From Octopus vulgaris (lineage: Eukaryota), in contig OX597829.1 of assembly GCA_951406725.2 (NCBI GenBank), positions 42,842,001-42,906,000 of the forward strand: a DNA stretch of 64,000 nucleotides, in the 5' to 3' direction. The position numbers and the translations under genes are program-made. This document shows positions 27,131 to 41,846 of the stretch, one piece after another (position 1 is the first letter of the stretch; every line of letters begins with the position of its first letter). The notes beneath the pieces were generated by a model. The model did no database searches, was not told the origin of the DNA, and saw only the letters and a list, made by a program, of their open reading frames with translations.

Positions 27131-27229
27131 TACAGAGACAAAGAGCAAGAGAAATGGAGAATGAGGAAGAGAGAGAGAAAAAGAGAGGGGAGAGAGAAAG
27201 AAAGAGGGACTAAAACTAAAAGAGAGAGT

Positions 27230-27272
<43 letters not shown>

Positions 27273-27295
27273 ATATAAACACACATTCATATATA

Positions 27296-28163
27296 CAGGG
27301 TGTGGTAAACAAACTGTCGTCTAAATTACGCAAAAAATGAAAATAACACTGAGATCTAATTTTAACAGATATATTTATCAAAATTGCATAAAAATATCTT
27401 GAAATACTAAAGAGTAAATTCGTTCAATAGAATCACCATTACTTCAACCACGGATTCCAGGCGACTTTGGAATCTCCAGCAACTCTTCTGGACGCTCTCT
27501 TTGCTTAAGTTGGTGAATGCTGCCATAATCCTTGCCCTCAGTTCATCTTTGGTGTTACAAGGAGTTTTGTTGGTCTCTTGCTCAACTGTGCCCCACACTT
27601 AATAATCAAGGGCTTTTCAGTCTGGGGAGTTTGGTGGCCTGATGTTTGGGGTGATGTGGTGGCAGAAATTGTCTGACAGTCATGACTGGGTCCTCCTGCT
27701 TGTGGGGCATAGTGTAGAGTCCTGTTGTCAGACATAGGGCCTTCCCGCAGCCAGCCTCTTGATCCAGGGCAGCTCTATCTCCTCCAGACACTTGACGTAG
27801 GCCTCCGTGTTGAGTTTGAGGCCGTGTGGGAAGAAGAATGGAATCATAATGGATGATTAGTGATCACTCCAAACACCATGATTTTGACTGGATGTTTCAT
27901 TTTTATCACTTTCGATACATGTCCTCAGAGTGACATTCAAATACTCTGAAATATTTGTATTGGAGCTTCCGGCGCGAATGCCAAGCAGTACAGCATATCG
28001 TTTCCAAATTTCTGCTAAGTGAATTGCGTCTTGGTGCAGTTTTTCTCACAGATGGTGCACAACTTACCCTACTATACTCTTTGGTCGACAAAATCAAAAA
28101 TAAAAAAATCGCATGCGCGAAATTAAAAATATAAAATGGCAAAAATTTACCCATCGCACCCTG
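27296..28163 (-). mobile_element. Internally deleted Tc1/mariner element with DD37D (maT-type) transposase relic
   Basis: TA|CAGGGTG...CACCCTG|TA ends; minus-strand V*QQDSTLCPTSRRTQS*LSDNFCHHITPNIRPPNSPD*KALDY*VWGTVE has 37 residues between the last two catalytic Asp. Confidence 0.85.
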
Positions 28164-29375
28164 TATATATAAGCGCAAAATTCTGTCAGTCCATCTGTCC
28201 GTCCGTCCGTCAGCGACCCTTGTATCTCAGTCTACATTTGTTCTACATAGACATATACCTGCTTGGAATCAGGATGATCCCAGGATTGAAAATCTGCCCT
28301 TTATTTGGTTTTTGAACATCCAGCATTGGGATTAAGTCTGAGTGAAAATTTGTTATATGCTAACAGTCGAAAATTTAAATCATAAAAGAAGTTCAAAATA
28401 TTTGAGAACTTACAAGTTTTTCATTTAAACTGAGTTTAAAGTAATACCAAGACTTTGTGAATTTAAAAAAGTATTTTTAATTCAGTTTATTTAAAAATAG
28501 ATCCAAGTTAGAGTGAAAGATTTCGTGTTCGTGAGGTTTGGAAGTTCCAAGGAGTTTGTGAATTGAAACGTTCGGAGGGAACTAATGAAGAACTCAAATT
28601 TTCGGCCCAAATCGGACATCCATCCAAATCGGACATCCATCCAAATCGTACTTTCGGCCTAATCGGACTTCCGATAGGGTTGGACGTTCAGGTGAGTCAG
28701 TTTATTCAGAGATTTGAACGCTGGAAGATTAGGAATGTAGCCTATAGTATTCGGTGTACTGAGGGACGGTGCAGAAACAAGACAACAACATATACTGCGG
28801 AGACAGCACATAGCATAGATAATCAGGTTGTGAAAACCGGCGGGAGCTCAAGGAGGAGAACTGCTCATCAGTGCTCTACCAATTAAAACATGGAGGCTTG
28901 GTCAATAACATAAATGTTAAGCTATTATTATCAACACATAGAACAGATACGACACTTAGACAGATTGCAGAGGACACACACATAGTAATAGATAGGCTGA
29001 GTCTCAACAGAAAATAGGTTTAGAATAATAAAACTCATCCACTGCACCACACTACGCACCCTGGTGGATGATTACAGAATGAGAGCAGGGAAAAAGACAC
29101 AGACACAAGCAGTTCATTAGATAAACCTACACACACACACACACACACACACACAAGGCACACATACGCTTACGTAAGATGAAACACACCAAAATATGAC
29201 CATCCCCAAATAGAACACTGTATTTCAACACACGATTTCACATCACGAATCTTTTAAAACAAAAACACAAATGTTTTCTACTACATGTACAATTTTATTT
29301 GTTGCTCCTATTAACAAATGGTCAATAAATAACGCTCAAAAAATTTTCCAATCTCCTGTTTTGATATATATATAT

Positions 29376-29409
<34 letters not shown>

Positions 29410-29412
<3 letters not shown>

Positions 29413-29553
29413 TAGGAGTGGCTGTGGTAAGTAGCTTGCTCACCAACCACATGGTTCCGGGTTCAAAGCCACTGCGTGGCACCTTGGCCAAGTGTCTTCT
29501 GCTATAGCCTCGGGCCGACCAAAGCCTTGTGAAACTGAAAGAAGCCCGTCGTA

Positions 29554-29610
<57 letters not shown>

Positions 29611-29697
29611 GTGTGTGTATGTTTGTATGTCGACTAAAGACGGTGCTCCAGCATGGCCACAGTCACATGACTGAAATAAGTAAAAGAGCAAAAGAGT
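29410..29697 (+). mobile_element. SINE A, internally deleted
   Basis: Head and extreme tail present, middle missing. Confidence 0.85.
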
Positions 29698-30080
29698 ATA
29701 TAAACATACATTCACGCACGCGTACATACACACGTGTATTTATACACCCACACCCACTCATATAAATGCATACACGTATATATACATACACGCACATAGA
29801 CGCAAATAATCTTTCTGCACGTGTGTGTGTGTGTGTCAGTGTATATCTTCCACTTATGTATGTACCCGAATATATATCGTTCTATCTTAATATTTAATAT
29901 GCATTTATATACATAAATTTAAATCGTGAAATTTCCAATGGACTCCATCACTGTGCCAGTCAAGGTTTCTGGCTGAGAATGGCGTCGTTAACAAGTATTG
30001 AAAGTACTCGACTAGATGTTGTAATAAATATGTAACTCATTGATCTTATCATCATTGCAACTGCATGAACTTTCGCTGGA

Positions 30081-30142
<62 letters not shown>

Positions 30143-30643
30143 TGCACGCAAGCACACATTGCATGAAAATCAATGATCCTGAGAGTATGTAACAGTCGGA
30201 AACGTTTTGGGTATGTCATTATTTGTGATTGTCGCACTAGCAATCCATGAGAGATTCTATCACTCGTCTTATGAACGCCAACAAACTGAATCTAAGTACC
30301 GATTCCCTATGAGCCCATTTTCTGGACTTAGGGAGATATTAACAAAGCCAAAAAAAAGAAAAAAATATTTAAGAAAATGCCTTGTTAATAATCCTTGGGA
30401 AAGGCATGAGTTTCAATCAAAACCGTTTCTGCATTTTTCTTGTAAATTTGAAGTATTATGCATTAATGTAAGATTAATACGAATAGAGATACACACATCG
30501 TCAGCCTAGAGAGGCTCCAACTGTGTTCTCTCTTAACGGCCTCTTGTTCTCCTCATTTCGCTCTGTCTCCGCTATTTTACCTTCCCTATCGAGCCTTCAC
30601 TAATTTCTTGTGGTTCATAGACACACACATACATGCAATGTAT

Positions 30644-30770
<127 letters not shown>

Positions 30771-30790
30771 TATATACATATATATATATA

Positions 30791-30834
<44 letters not shown>

Positions 30835-30964
30835 TATGTTTGTGGGGGTGGGGGTGGTGTTGTGTGTGTGTGGAGATTCCTATCTGTTTGATAGGAATTC
30901 TGTGTTACTTCCAGAAGGATGAGCAAACAAACAAGCAAACGTAAACAAATGCTTGTGAAATGAA

Positions 30965-31062
<98 letters not shown>

Positions 31063-31445
31063 AAACAAAAACATCAACAGAAACTATGTCTAACATAAAA
31101 CAAAGAAAACCAAATGAAAGTAGGACCTCAAAATCCCTAACATGGATGACTCATATTTTACCGTAAACCAAGACATCTATAGCGTAGGGATAAATTAAGT
31201 TTCTTTGTAGTGCATGTTTTCTGTCTACCATATTTCTTTTACTTTGGTTGGTTTATTTATTTATTTATTTTTTTTCCATTTTTATAAGTTTCCTTATCTC
31301 TTCCTTCATTCTTTCTTCCATTGACGAGAAGTAGTTAACAATACGTTATCTTTGATATGTTTATGGGCAATAATTTCGTTGGGCATACCGATATTATTAC
31401 CATTCTCTAATAGTTCCTCTGTTATTATTTAGAGGTGTGTATGTA

Positions 31446-31489
<44 letters not shown>

Positions 31490-31588
31490 CACACGTGTAA
31501 CTATTAGTTAATATCCACCTAAAAATACATTGTGTATGTCTATCAATCTGTCTATCCGTCTGCCTGTCAGTCTGTTCCTATATAAAGG

Positions 31589-31621
<33 letters not shown>

Positions 31622-31626
31622 TATGC

Positions 31627-31681
<55 letters not shown>

Positions 31682-31682
<1 letters not shown>

Positions 31683-31910
31683 TTCTTTATTGTCCACAAG
31701 GGGCTAAACATAGAGGGAACAAACAATGACAGACAAACGGATTAAGTCGATTATATCGACCCAGTGCGAAACTGGTACTTTATTTATCGACCCCGAGAGG
31801 ATGAAAGGCAAAGTCGACTCTGGCGGAATTTGAACTCAGAACGTAACGACAGACGAAATACCGCTAAGCATTTCGTCCGGCGCACTAACGTTTCTGCCAG
31901 CTCGCCGCCT
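31682..31910 (-). mobile_element. SINE B, full length
   Basis: TTTCTTTATTGTCCACAAGGGGCTAAAC...GCCAGCTCGCCGCC. Confidence 0.9.
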
Positions 31911-31930
31911 GAATGTATGTATATATATAC

Positions 31931-32309
31931 TCCTTACTCTTTTAATCTTTTAGTTGTTTCAGTTATTTGACTGTGGCCATGCTGGAGCACCGCTTTTAGT
32001 CTAGCAAATCGAGGACTTATTCTTTGTAAGCCTAGTACTTATTCCATCGGTTTCTTTTGCTGAACCGCTAAGTTACAGGATGTAAACACACCACCATCGG
32101 TTGTCAAGCGATGTTGGGGGACAAACACAGGCACACAAACATACATACACACACATATATAGGACGGGCTTCTTTCAGTTTCCGTCTCACAAGGCTTTGT
32201 CGGCCCGAGGCTATAGTAGAAGACACTTACCCAAGGTGCCACGCAGTGAGACTGAACCCGGAACCACGTGGCTGGAACGCAATTTTCTTGCAACACAGCC
32301 ACTCCTGTG

Positions 32310-32311
<2 letters not shown>
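31931..32311 (-). mobile_element. SINE A
   Basis: Reverse complement of family A. Confidence 0.88.
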
Positions 32312-32349
<38 letters not shown>

Positions 32350-32553
32350 AAGTAGATAAATGAATTATCTTATTACAGATAATTCAAATGATAACCGATA
32401 CCTGGGTAGCAAAAATCACAACAGAAAAAGCACGGTTGAAGTTACGACCATGGGGCATAAAAACCGTGCCTTAGTGCGGAAATTTGAAGTTTTATATATT
32501 AAGTGTAGGAAAAAATGGAGCTGAACGAAGATTTAACAAAATTCCTTTATATT

Positions 32554-32639
32554 ATTTTCTACATATGTTTCGAAGGCTGCAAAGTCCCTAATTCGGATTG
32601 AATAAGGAGTCCATTTTGCAGCTTTCTCTTCAGGAAAAT
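32554..32639 (-). ncRNA. Type I hammerhead ribozyme with canonical core, in a (TA)n-flanked element at about 32345-32703
   Basis: ATTTTC-CTGAAGA-GAAAGCTGCAAA...TTTGCAGCCTTC-GAAAC-ATAT-GTA-GAAAAT: 6-bp stem I, 11 of 12 pairs in stem II, palindromic stem III, GUA cleavage triplet. Confidence 0.85.
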
Positions 32640-32701
32640 CCAGGAACTTAATTCTCCAACAAAATGCACAACAAGCTTTTCGACAAACGCTCACGAGGAG
32701 C

Positions 32702-32737
<36 letters not shown>

Positions 32738-32744
32738 ATATATA

Positions 32745-32780
<36 letters not shown>

Positions 32781-33274
32781 TGTATGTATGTATGTGTGTA
32801 TGTGTGTATGTATGCATGTATGTGAGTGTATGTATGTATGTGTGTATGTATATATATGTGTGTATATAGTGTGTTATGTGAATTTTTGGAAAGGTATCCT
32901 ATAGAACTCAAGAAATTTGTTAGAAATGGAGAAAAGAAGATGTTAGAATTTGAAAGAAATTTAAGAATTTTAATATATGTATATATATGTATGTATATAT
33001 ATGTGTTTGTGTGTGTGTTTGTGTGTATGTGTGTGAGTGTTGCCCCTATTATCTTTAGAACTTCACGTAGATCATCTTGTACTGAGTAGTATTATCAGTT
33101 ATGAGCAACAAAGCAAATGAGGGAGAAAGAAGGATAAACCCAAGTTTATACTAAAGTTCCTCTGATGAACATTCCACCCTCGGCGTTATTTGGTGCCTTG
33201 CTGTTCCAAGGTTGTTTAGACACACACACACACGCACATTTACATATGTATAAATACACATGGGTAGAGGAGGA

Positions 33275-33600
33275 GTGAAAGCGCGTGGCTAAATGGTTCG
33301 GCGTATTCGACTCCCGATAGTAAGGTCGTGAGTTCAATTCCCGGCGAGGCATTGTATCCTTGAGCAAGACACTTTATTTCACGATGCTCCAGTCCACTCA
33401 GCTGGCAAAAATAAGTTGTACCAGTAATTCAAAGACCCTGCCTTGTCGTATTCCGTGTCACGCTGAATCTCATTGAGAACCATGTTAAGGGTACACATGT
33501 CTGTGGAGTTCTCAACCACTTGCACGTTAATTTCACGAGCAAGCTGTTCCGTTAATCGGATCAAATGGAACCTTTGTCGTGGTAACCGACGGAGCGCCAG
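33275..33600 (+). mobile_element. SINE group C (head H2 + CORE-like block + tail T1)
   Basis: TGGCTAAATGG, GAGTTCAATTCCC and TCCTTGAGCAAGACACTT; tail matches the reverse complement of 5011-5190. Confidence 0.85.
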
Positions 33601-33617
33601 TCATTTCTATATTAAGT

Positions 33618-33731
33618 ACATGGTCCCGAATTCAGTCCCACTGCGAGGCACCTTGGAAAGTGTTTTCTACTATACACTAGGGCAGGCCTTGTGAGTGGAT
33701 TTGGTAGACAGAAACTGAATTAAGCCTGTCG

Positions 33732-33793
<62 letters not shown>

Positions 33794-34090
33794 TGTGTGT
33801 TTGTATGTGTGTATGTCTGTGTATCTATGTGTGTGTGTCTGTGTGTTTGTATGTGTGTGTGTGTGTGTGTGTATCTATGTGAGTGTGCCTTTGGGTCAGT
33901 GATTGTTTCTCCCGCTGCTTGACATCCGGTGTTGGTGCGTTTACGTACCAATAACCTAACGGTTCGTCAAAAGAGACCGATAAGATAAGTACTAGACTTT
34001 TAAAAAATAAGTCCTGTAGTCGAATTGTTCGATTAAAACACCTCAAGGCAGTGCTCCAACATGGCCGCAGTCCAATGACTAATAACAAAG
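33618..34090 (+). mobile_element. SINE A, 5'-truncated
   Basis: Family A body and tail. Confidence 0.85.
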
Positions 34091-34607
34091 AAAGGAATTT
34101 GCAACGTAGGAACTCAGCGTATGCCATGAATATATACGCCATTACTAAAGTCAATTGCAGAATGACCCCAGTAGGGCTGATATTTAAAGCCTAGAACTTA
34201 TTCTATTGGTCTTTTCGTCGGTGTGTATACAGGGTGTTCTGACTAAATCTGATGATAATAGTTTCAGCGTCGTGTAAAATAACAATTAAAAACAAAAAAA
34301 AAAGTAATAAAAAGAGTGGATTATACGTTATAACTGCAATCGCTTCATTGATATGTTTTATTGTATTTTAATATCGTCCAGGCAGGTATGCATAAAGTTC
34401 AACATCTGTAAGATACTCTAAAACACAATGGAGAATCTCTCAACTCTTCGGGCTGCACCGTTTTGCATAGGAGCAAGTGTTGGTCTTATGCAACACGTAT
34501 GTATGTATGTATGTATGTATGTATGTATGTATGTATGTATGTATGTATTATGCATGTATGTATGTATGTGTGTGTGTATGTATGTATGTATGTACATATT
34601 ATGTATG

Positions 34608-34641
<34 letters not shown>

Positions 34642-35083
34642 TGTATGTATGTATGTATGTATGTATGTACGTACGTACGTACGTACGTATGTATGTATGT
34701 ATGTATGTATGTATGTATGTATGTATGTATGTATGTACGTACGTATGTATGTATGTATGTATGTATGTATGTATGTATGTATGTATGTATGTATGTATGT
34801 ATGTATGTATGTATGTATGTATGTATGTTAATATTTGTTCTAAAGTCAAATTAGTGGTAAAAATAGTTTATATTAAACTGAAACATTACTCAAGCGTTTT
34901 TTTTTTTTGTTGTTTTTTGTGGATTACATATCTATTACATATCATTTAACAAAAATAGTGTTGACAGTGACTTCGAAGCGTCAGCCTGTTTAGTTTTCGT
35001 GAGACTAATGTTAAACTGTAACTTTGAACATTATTTACATTATTTGCATTTGACGGATATGTATCCTCATCTTGTTCGTTGTT

Positions 35084-35129
35084 AACACAACGTTTCGTCT
35101 GATATACCCTCCAGCCTTCATCAGGTGTC
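35084..35129 (-). ncRNA. Minimal type I hammerhead (dimer type)
   Basis: GACAC-CTGATGA-A-GGCTG..CAGAC-GAAACGTT-GTGTT; stem III is the ACGT palindrome; GUU cleavage site; one stem II mismatch. Confidence 0.75.
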
Positions 35130-35171
35130 TTGGGGAGATTTCGAACCTGGGTTCTCATTCCTAAGGTATTT

Positions 35172-35213
35172 CCTGATGAAGGCTGGAAGGTATATCAGCC
35201 GAAACGTTGTGTT
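35172..35213 (+). ncRNA. Minimal hammerhead core lacking the 5' strand of stem I
   Basis: CTGATGA-A-GGCTG..CAGCC-GAAACGTT-GTGTT; the upstream TATTTC does not pair with GTGTT. Confidence 0.6.
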
Positions 35214-36849
35214 AACTACAAACAAGATGTGGACAAATATCCGTCAAATGTAAATAATGTAAATAATGTACATATTCCTTCATCTCTAAAATATAGAACT
35301 GTAACTTTGAAGTCACTATCAACATTATTCTAGCTAAAGTATATGTGTAGGTAAATGTGTGTGTATGTGTATGTACATGAGTGTGTATGTATACGTATGT
35401 GGTGTATCTGTGTGCAGGCACGTGTGATTGAATCCATTACCATGTAAATATTTTGGTAAAAATGTGTGAGTATGCGCATGTTATCAATGTGTCCCTATAT
35501 GAATGTACATGCGTGGGAGGGCATGTCCGTTTTATCCTTGTGCGCCTGTGTGTGTTTGTGTGTATGTGTACATGCGTGTGTGTGTGTGTACGTTTGTGTG
35601 TGTGTTTGTGTTTGTGTACGTGTGTGTTATTTAAAACCGCTATTAGTTGCTAGTTCATATTGAACAAAGTTACGAGTGGAATGCAAGCGAAATAAATAGA
35701 CTTGCGTGCTCTACGCGCAGTGAATGAACGTTTGCTATTCGGAGACTAACAGCGAATTGGAGCCAATGGGCTGAGAGAGAAAAACCTAGATGAGTGTTCA
35801 CATATAACACAGGCATTCATGTTGGTCGACTCCTTAAGCACCAAATAAAAATGGCTTTGAAGGTTTAAGCGCGAATTTTTCTCTTTCATTTTTTTTTGTT
35901 TTAACTTATTTTTCTTTATCTTTATTGTTTTCCTTGGTGTTTATCACGGATAAATTGTTTTTCATTTTTTTCTTTTTTTTTTCTTTTTTTTTGGTTTTTT
36001 TGGCGGCGTGGTGTTTAAAGATGGGTTCATCTTGACAATCCTTGTGTAAACAGATCGCCTATCACTTGATGGCTGGTTTTAAGCCTCAAACACAATATCC
36101 GCTGTGTGTGTTTTGCGCCGCGCTTACCTGTACAACGTGACCATTGGTCAAAGTGCAAAATACTTATTATATTTATCCCAGGACAGCTCTAAAGTGTCCA
36201 CTGGTCAAACAGTAAACGGTATAAAGTGTCGCGTCAATGAAAGAAATGTATATAGTTAGGTGTCTTCTTGTCTGAATATCTGAATGTCTGGTCTATTAAT
36301 GTTAATCTCGCGGTGTGTATTATATATATATGTGTGTGTATGTGCGTGTGTGTGTTTATACATATACATATATGTGTGTGTGTGTTTGTCTGTCTGTGTG
36401 TGTCTCCATGTGAGTATTTGCGTATGTGTCCATGTGTATATAAATACCTATGGCCATGTAAGTGACGCCAGATGATCTCCAAATGTTAAGTCCCTTCCAT
36501 GAGTATTTGTTTAGTGTGTATATTAATATGTACGTACACACACACACACACAGACGCACACACATATTCCCCCCCCCACTCACACATTCACTTTCATAGA
36601 TGCGCACATAACAGCATATGCTAATATGGATGTGTGCATGCATACAAGTGTGCCTGAACACACACACACATACATACATACATACACACACATACATATA
36701 TACACACACGCATACATACATACACACACATACATACATACATACACACATACGTACACACACATATATATATTAAAATAGAGATGTGTTGATGGACTGA
36801 CAACAGGTAGCAGCGACAAAAGCAGCAGCAGCAGCAGTAGTTGTAGTAG

Positions 36850-37040
36850 TAGTAGTAGTAGTAGTAGTTGTAAGAGGAGGAGGAGGAGGAGGAGGAGGAG
36901 TAGCAGTAGCAGTAGAGGTGGTAGCAGTGGTAGAGTTAGCGGTAGTAGTAGTAGTAGTAGTAGTAGTTGTAAGAGGAGGAGGAGGAGGAGGAGGAGGAGT
37001 AGCAGTAGCAGTAGAGGTGGTAGCAGTGGTAGAGTTAGCG

Positions 37041-37060
<20 letters not shown>
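36850..37060. repeat. About 99-bp tandem duplication in a TAG/GAG tract
   Basis: GTTGTAAGAGGAGG...AGAGTTAGCGGTAG occurs twice. Confidence 0.85.
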
Positions 37061-37071
<11 letters not shown>

Positions 37072-37189
37072 AGTTGTTTTTCGTGGTAGTATTAGTGGTG
37101 GTGATGGCGTAGTCGGTGGTGATAGTAGTAGTAGTAGCAGTAATAACAGTAACAGTAGTAGAGGTGGTGGTCGTCGTAGTAGGTCGGTT

Positions 37190-37238
<49 letters not shown>

Positions 37239-37333
37239 AGTTAGTAGTAGCAGTAGTGGTGGAGTTAGTAGTAGTAGTAGTAGTAGTAGGAAGAGGAGGA
37301 GTAGCAGTAGTAGTGGTGGTGATGGTACTGGGG

Positions 37334-37394
<61 letters not shown>

Positions 37395-37859
37395 CAGCAG
37401 CAGGGGCAGCAGATTCTCATTGCAAATGGTCGCAGTCTCGCGTACACACTCATTTCTGGCGTGAATACTCTTACATTTTTATATTCTGCTGCGTACCTTT
37501 TTTAAGGACCAAAGGTGTGACAGGTTCAGTAATTAACAACGTTGTCAAACAGAATGCTTTGCGCTGTTTGTTACGTCTCTTTTACGTTCACGGTTCGAAA
37601 TGCACTGAAGCCAACTTAGTTTTTCATTCTTCTATGGTCGGACGATGAAAATATAATCGTCCGCTGATCTGTGACAACAATGTGAATTGGCAAACTTCAT
37701 GCAGAAGAAACCCCGGAACTCTCACCTAAATGTGGTGCACTGACGATGGGTGCACTGACGCATGACTGCCACGTCAGCCATCTTTCAATCTGTCTCATTC
37801 AATAAGGCAGCTAGTGCAGCATACACACATTCACACACACACACATACACACACACACA

Positions 37860-38105
37860 CACCATCACCACCACCACCACCACCACCACCACCACCACCA
37901 CCACCACCACCACCACCACCACCACCACCACCACCACCACCACCACCACCACCACCACCACCACCACCACCACCACCACCACCACCACCACCACCACCAC
38001 CACCACCACCACCACCACCTACACCACCTACACCACCACCACCACCACTACCACCACTACCACTACCACCACCACCACCACCACCACCACCACTACCACC
38101 ACCAC
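37860..38105. repeat. (ACC)n microsatellite
   Basis: Direct reading. Confidence 0.95.
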
Positions 38106-38282
38106 ACAACAAACCATACACACGCACATGCACATGCTCACCATCTCTTTCTGTGTGTCTCTCTCCTCTCTCTCCTCTCTCTCTCTATCTCTCTCTTTCA
38201 CACTCTTTCAAAGATATACGCAGTAAAAGAAAAATAGAAGAATATTTATACTGACTGGCCACATGTTAGTTGACTAATCTCC

Positions 38283-38615
38283 TAGACGCAGTTATAGCTG
38301 TGTAATAAGTAATAAATTTACTTCGTAACAATATGATCTTAGGTTCTATCCCATTGCGGGACACTGAGCAGCTGTACAAATATCTTCTACAATAGCCTCG
38401 GGCCAACCAAAGCCTTGTAAAAATCAATTTTGTTGACGGAGGCTGAAAGAACCTCGTCATATACATATGCATTTATATATCAGTGTTTGAACCTCACACC
38501 GCTTGCCAACAGGTGTTGCTGTGTTAACGTCCCCTTAAGCTGGCGTTTCGCCTAAAAGAGATCCGCAAAATAAATGCCAGACTTAAAAAGTAAGTACTGG
38601 ATCCACTTTGACTAA
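38283..38615 (+). mobile_element. Old, diverged SINE A
   Basis: CTTCTACAATAGCCTCGGGCCAACCAAAGCCTTGT and further family A blocks. Confidence 0.75.
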
Positions 38616-38618
38616 ACC

Positions 38619-38745
38619 AGTATTTCTCAACCGGGGTCCATATGGCCGCTGAGGGTCTATATAAGAGTTTGGGTGGGTGGGTGGTCCATATAGCAAAACA
38701 GTAAATTAGGAAGCTGCAGTAGTATTTTAAGGGCCCCCTGAAAAC
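38619..38745 (+). mobile_element. Possible hAT-type MITE end
   Basis: CAGTATTTCTCAACCGGGGTCC resembles hAT TIRs; the second TIR was not found. Confidence 0.35.
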
Positions 38746-39976
38746 ATGTTACTTTCGTCTTTAATTTTATTCTTGTTTTCCTTTTGTGATCGTCGCCATC
38801 ACTAGAAATGGGGAAAGTAGTATTCCGTACGTTCTTTTGTTTTATCTTCATCACCTTTATATTTTTATTATTTTTAGCCTCAAATGAGTTTTAAGGAATA
38901 GTTCGGTGGACAAAGTCGATCCAGTGTTTTTCCTTTAATTTACCAACGTTTTATTCCTTCACTTTCTACTCAGTCCCTCTCTTTCTTCCTCTCCTTCCTC
39001 CTTTTCTTTTGTTTCTACTCCTACTAATTTCCTCCTCTTCAGATTCTTAGTTTTCCTCCTCTTGTCTTACTGTCTTTCTATCCATACAACCTCTTTGCTT
39101 AATGTTTATAAAATGTGATTTGAGGAAGATATTGCGGCAATTCTTTTGCAGGTCTGGCAATCATATAAAATGCTCGTGCTTTAACTGTCATCATATTTGT
39201 TTAAGATGTTGTTGGCATTTGCAAAAGGGTTGTTCTGTCTTTCAATTTAGGTATGTCCTTGCTGGCTCATTTCCAAAATTATAGTAATAGGCATTTAAGG
39301 ATTTGCATGATGCTATCCTATTATTGCACGAGTTCTTAACCAAGCAGTATAAACGAGTAATTACTTTTTTTTCTCTCTATTTATACTACTTTTCCTTCAG
39401 ATTTATAGCTCTCATAATATTGGAGTCTCTCGTCGCATCAATGAATAAGGTTTCAGTAATACACAGCTGCACTGTGTTCTTAGTCATCTCATGTGGCAAT
39501 TCAGAACTATCCGAGATTTACAGATCTTGTTAAAGACATTGCAGTAGTTGTCACAATCATTCGGCGGTTAGATTGTTGAATCCTCGTTGCCGCAAACTCA
39601 GAGATGGCTTAGCAGCAAAAATTTCTCCACTGAGCTCTATACAGTACTGCATATTACCATGATTTCTTCAGAATAATCTTATGGCTTGAGAATAAAATAG
39701 TTATATTACTAAAAATTAATAATATAATTTTTTTTTTCTTTTCTTTTCCAGAAAGGCGATGGATGAGCGGACATTACAGGAACAAATTGCAAATATATAT
39801 AAAAAAAAAAGAGGAAAAATGCTATTTGAACTAGTATTCGAAAAACAAGCTTGAAAATAGTAATATTAATAATATGCGAATGAAGCTACGGATGGTTATT
39901 ATAATGAAACGGATATGATAAAAAAATTTTGTATTCCAGAGTTAATTTTGACGTTCGTTAGGACATTGACATTTCA

Positions 39977-41046
<1,070 letters not shown>

Positions 41047-41595
41047 AAGGTAACGACGATGACGATAACAACGTCGATGTTTGTGGGAGCTGTGGAGGTG
41101 GTGGTTGTTTCGATGGTGACAATGGTGGTTGTGACGGCGGCAGTGATGGTCGCAGTGGTGGTGGAGATGGTGGTGGTGGTGGTGGTGGATTTGGTGGCAG
41201 CAGCGCGGCAGTAGCGTGGCAGTGGCATTGTGGTGGCGATAATGATGATGATGATGATGATGATGAATTTGATGATAATGTTTAGATAATGATTACAGAC
41301 GTGTGTCGGTGCCCAGGGGCAAGCTCTTCCTGTAAGTTGGTGAGCCGCACCCAAAATTATAATGTTGGCCCAAAGATTGTCGCCAGATGGTTTCCGTAGT
41401 GCGCAATGTAAAAATGAGAAGAAATGAAAACCACTTCCTCCTAATTTGTATTCGACATGCATACACACATACACACAGACATACATACACGCATACATAC
41501 ATACATACATACATACATACATACATACATACATACATACATACATACATACACACATACATAAATTTACACACATACTTAGAGACATATATCCG

Positions 41596-41644
<49 letters not shown>

Positions 41645-41814
41645 ATATATATATACATGTATATGCATATATGTATATATGTATATATATATATAAATAT
41701 ATATACATATATATATTTACATATATATATATACACATACTATATAGTATATATACTATATATACATATGCATACATATATACATATATTTATCCTATGT
41801 ATATATGTATGTAT

Positions 41815-41846
<32 letters not shown>

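Larger units (their letters stand above)
35029..35296. mobile_element. Inverted twin-HHR Penelope-like non-autonomous element with 15-bp TSD
   Basis: 98-bp inverted arms at 35028-35125 and 35172-35269; TSD AACTGTAACTTTGAA at 35014-35028 and 35297-35311. Confidence 0.85.

Noticed and set aside
28563-28886. 107-aa ORF
   Set aside because: Non-ATG start, spans a tandem repeat and has no recognisable motif
34230-34500. Tc1/mariner element starting TA|CAGGGTGTTC
   Set aside because: No matching right TIR or transposase motif was found
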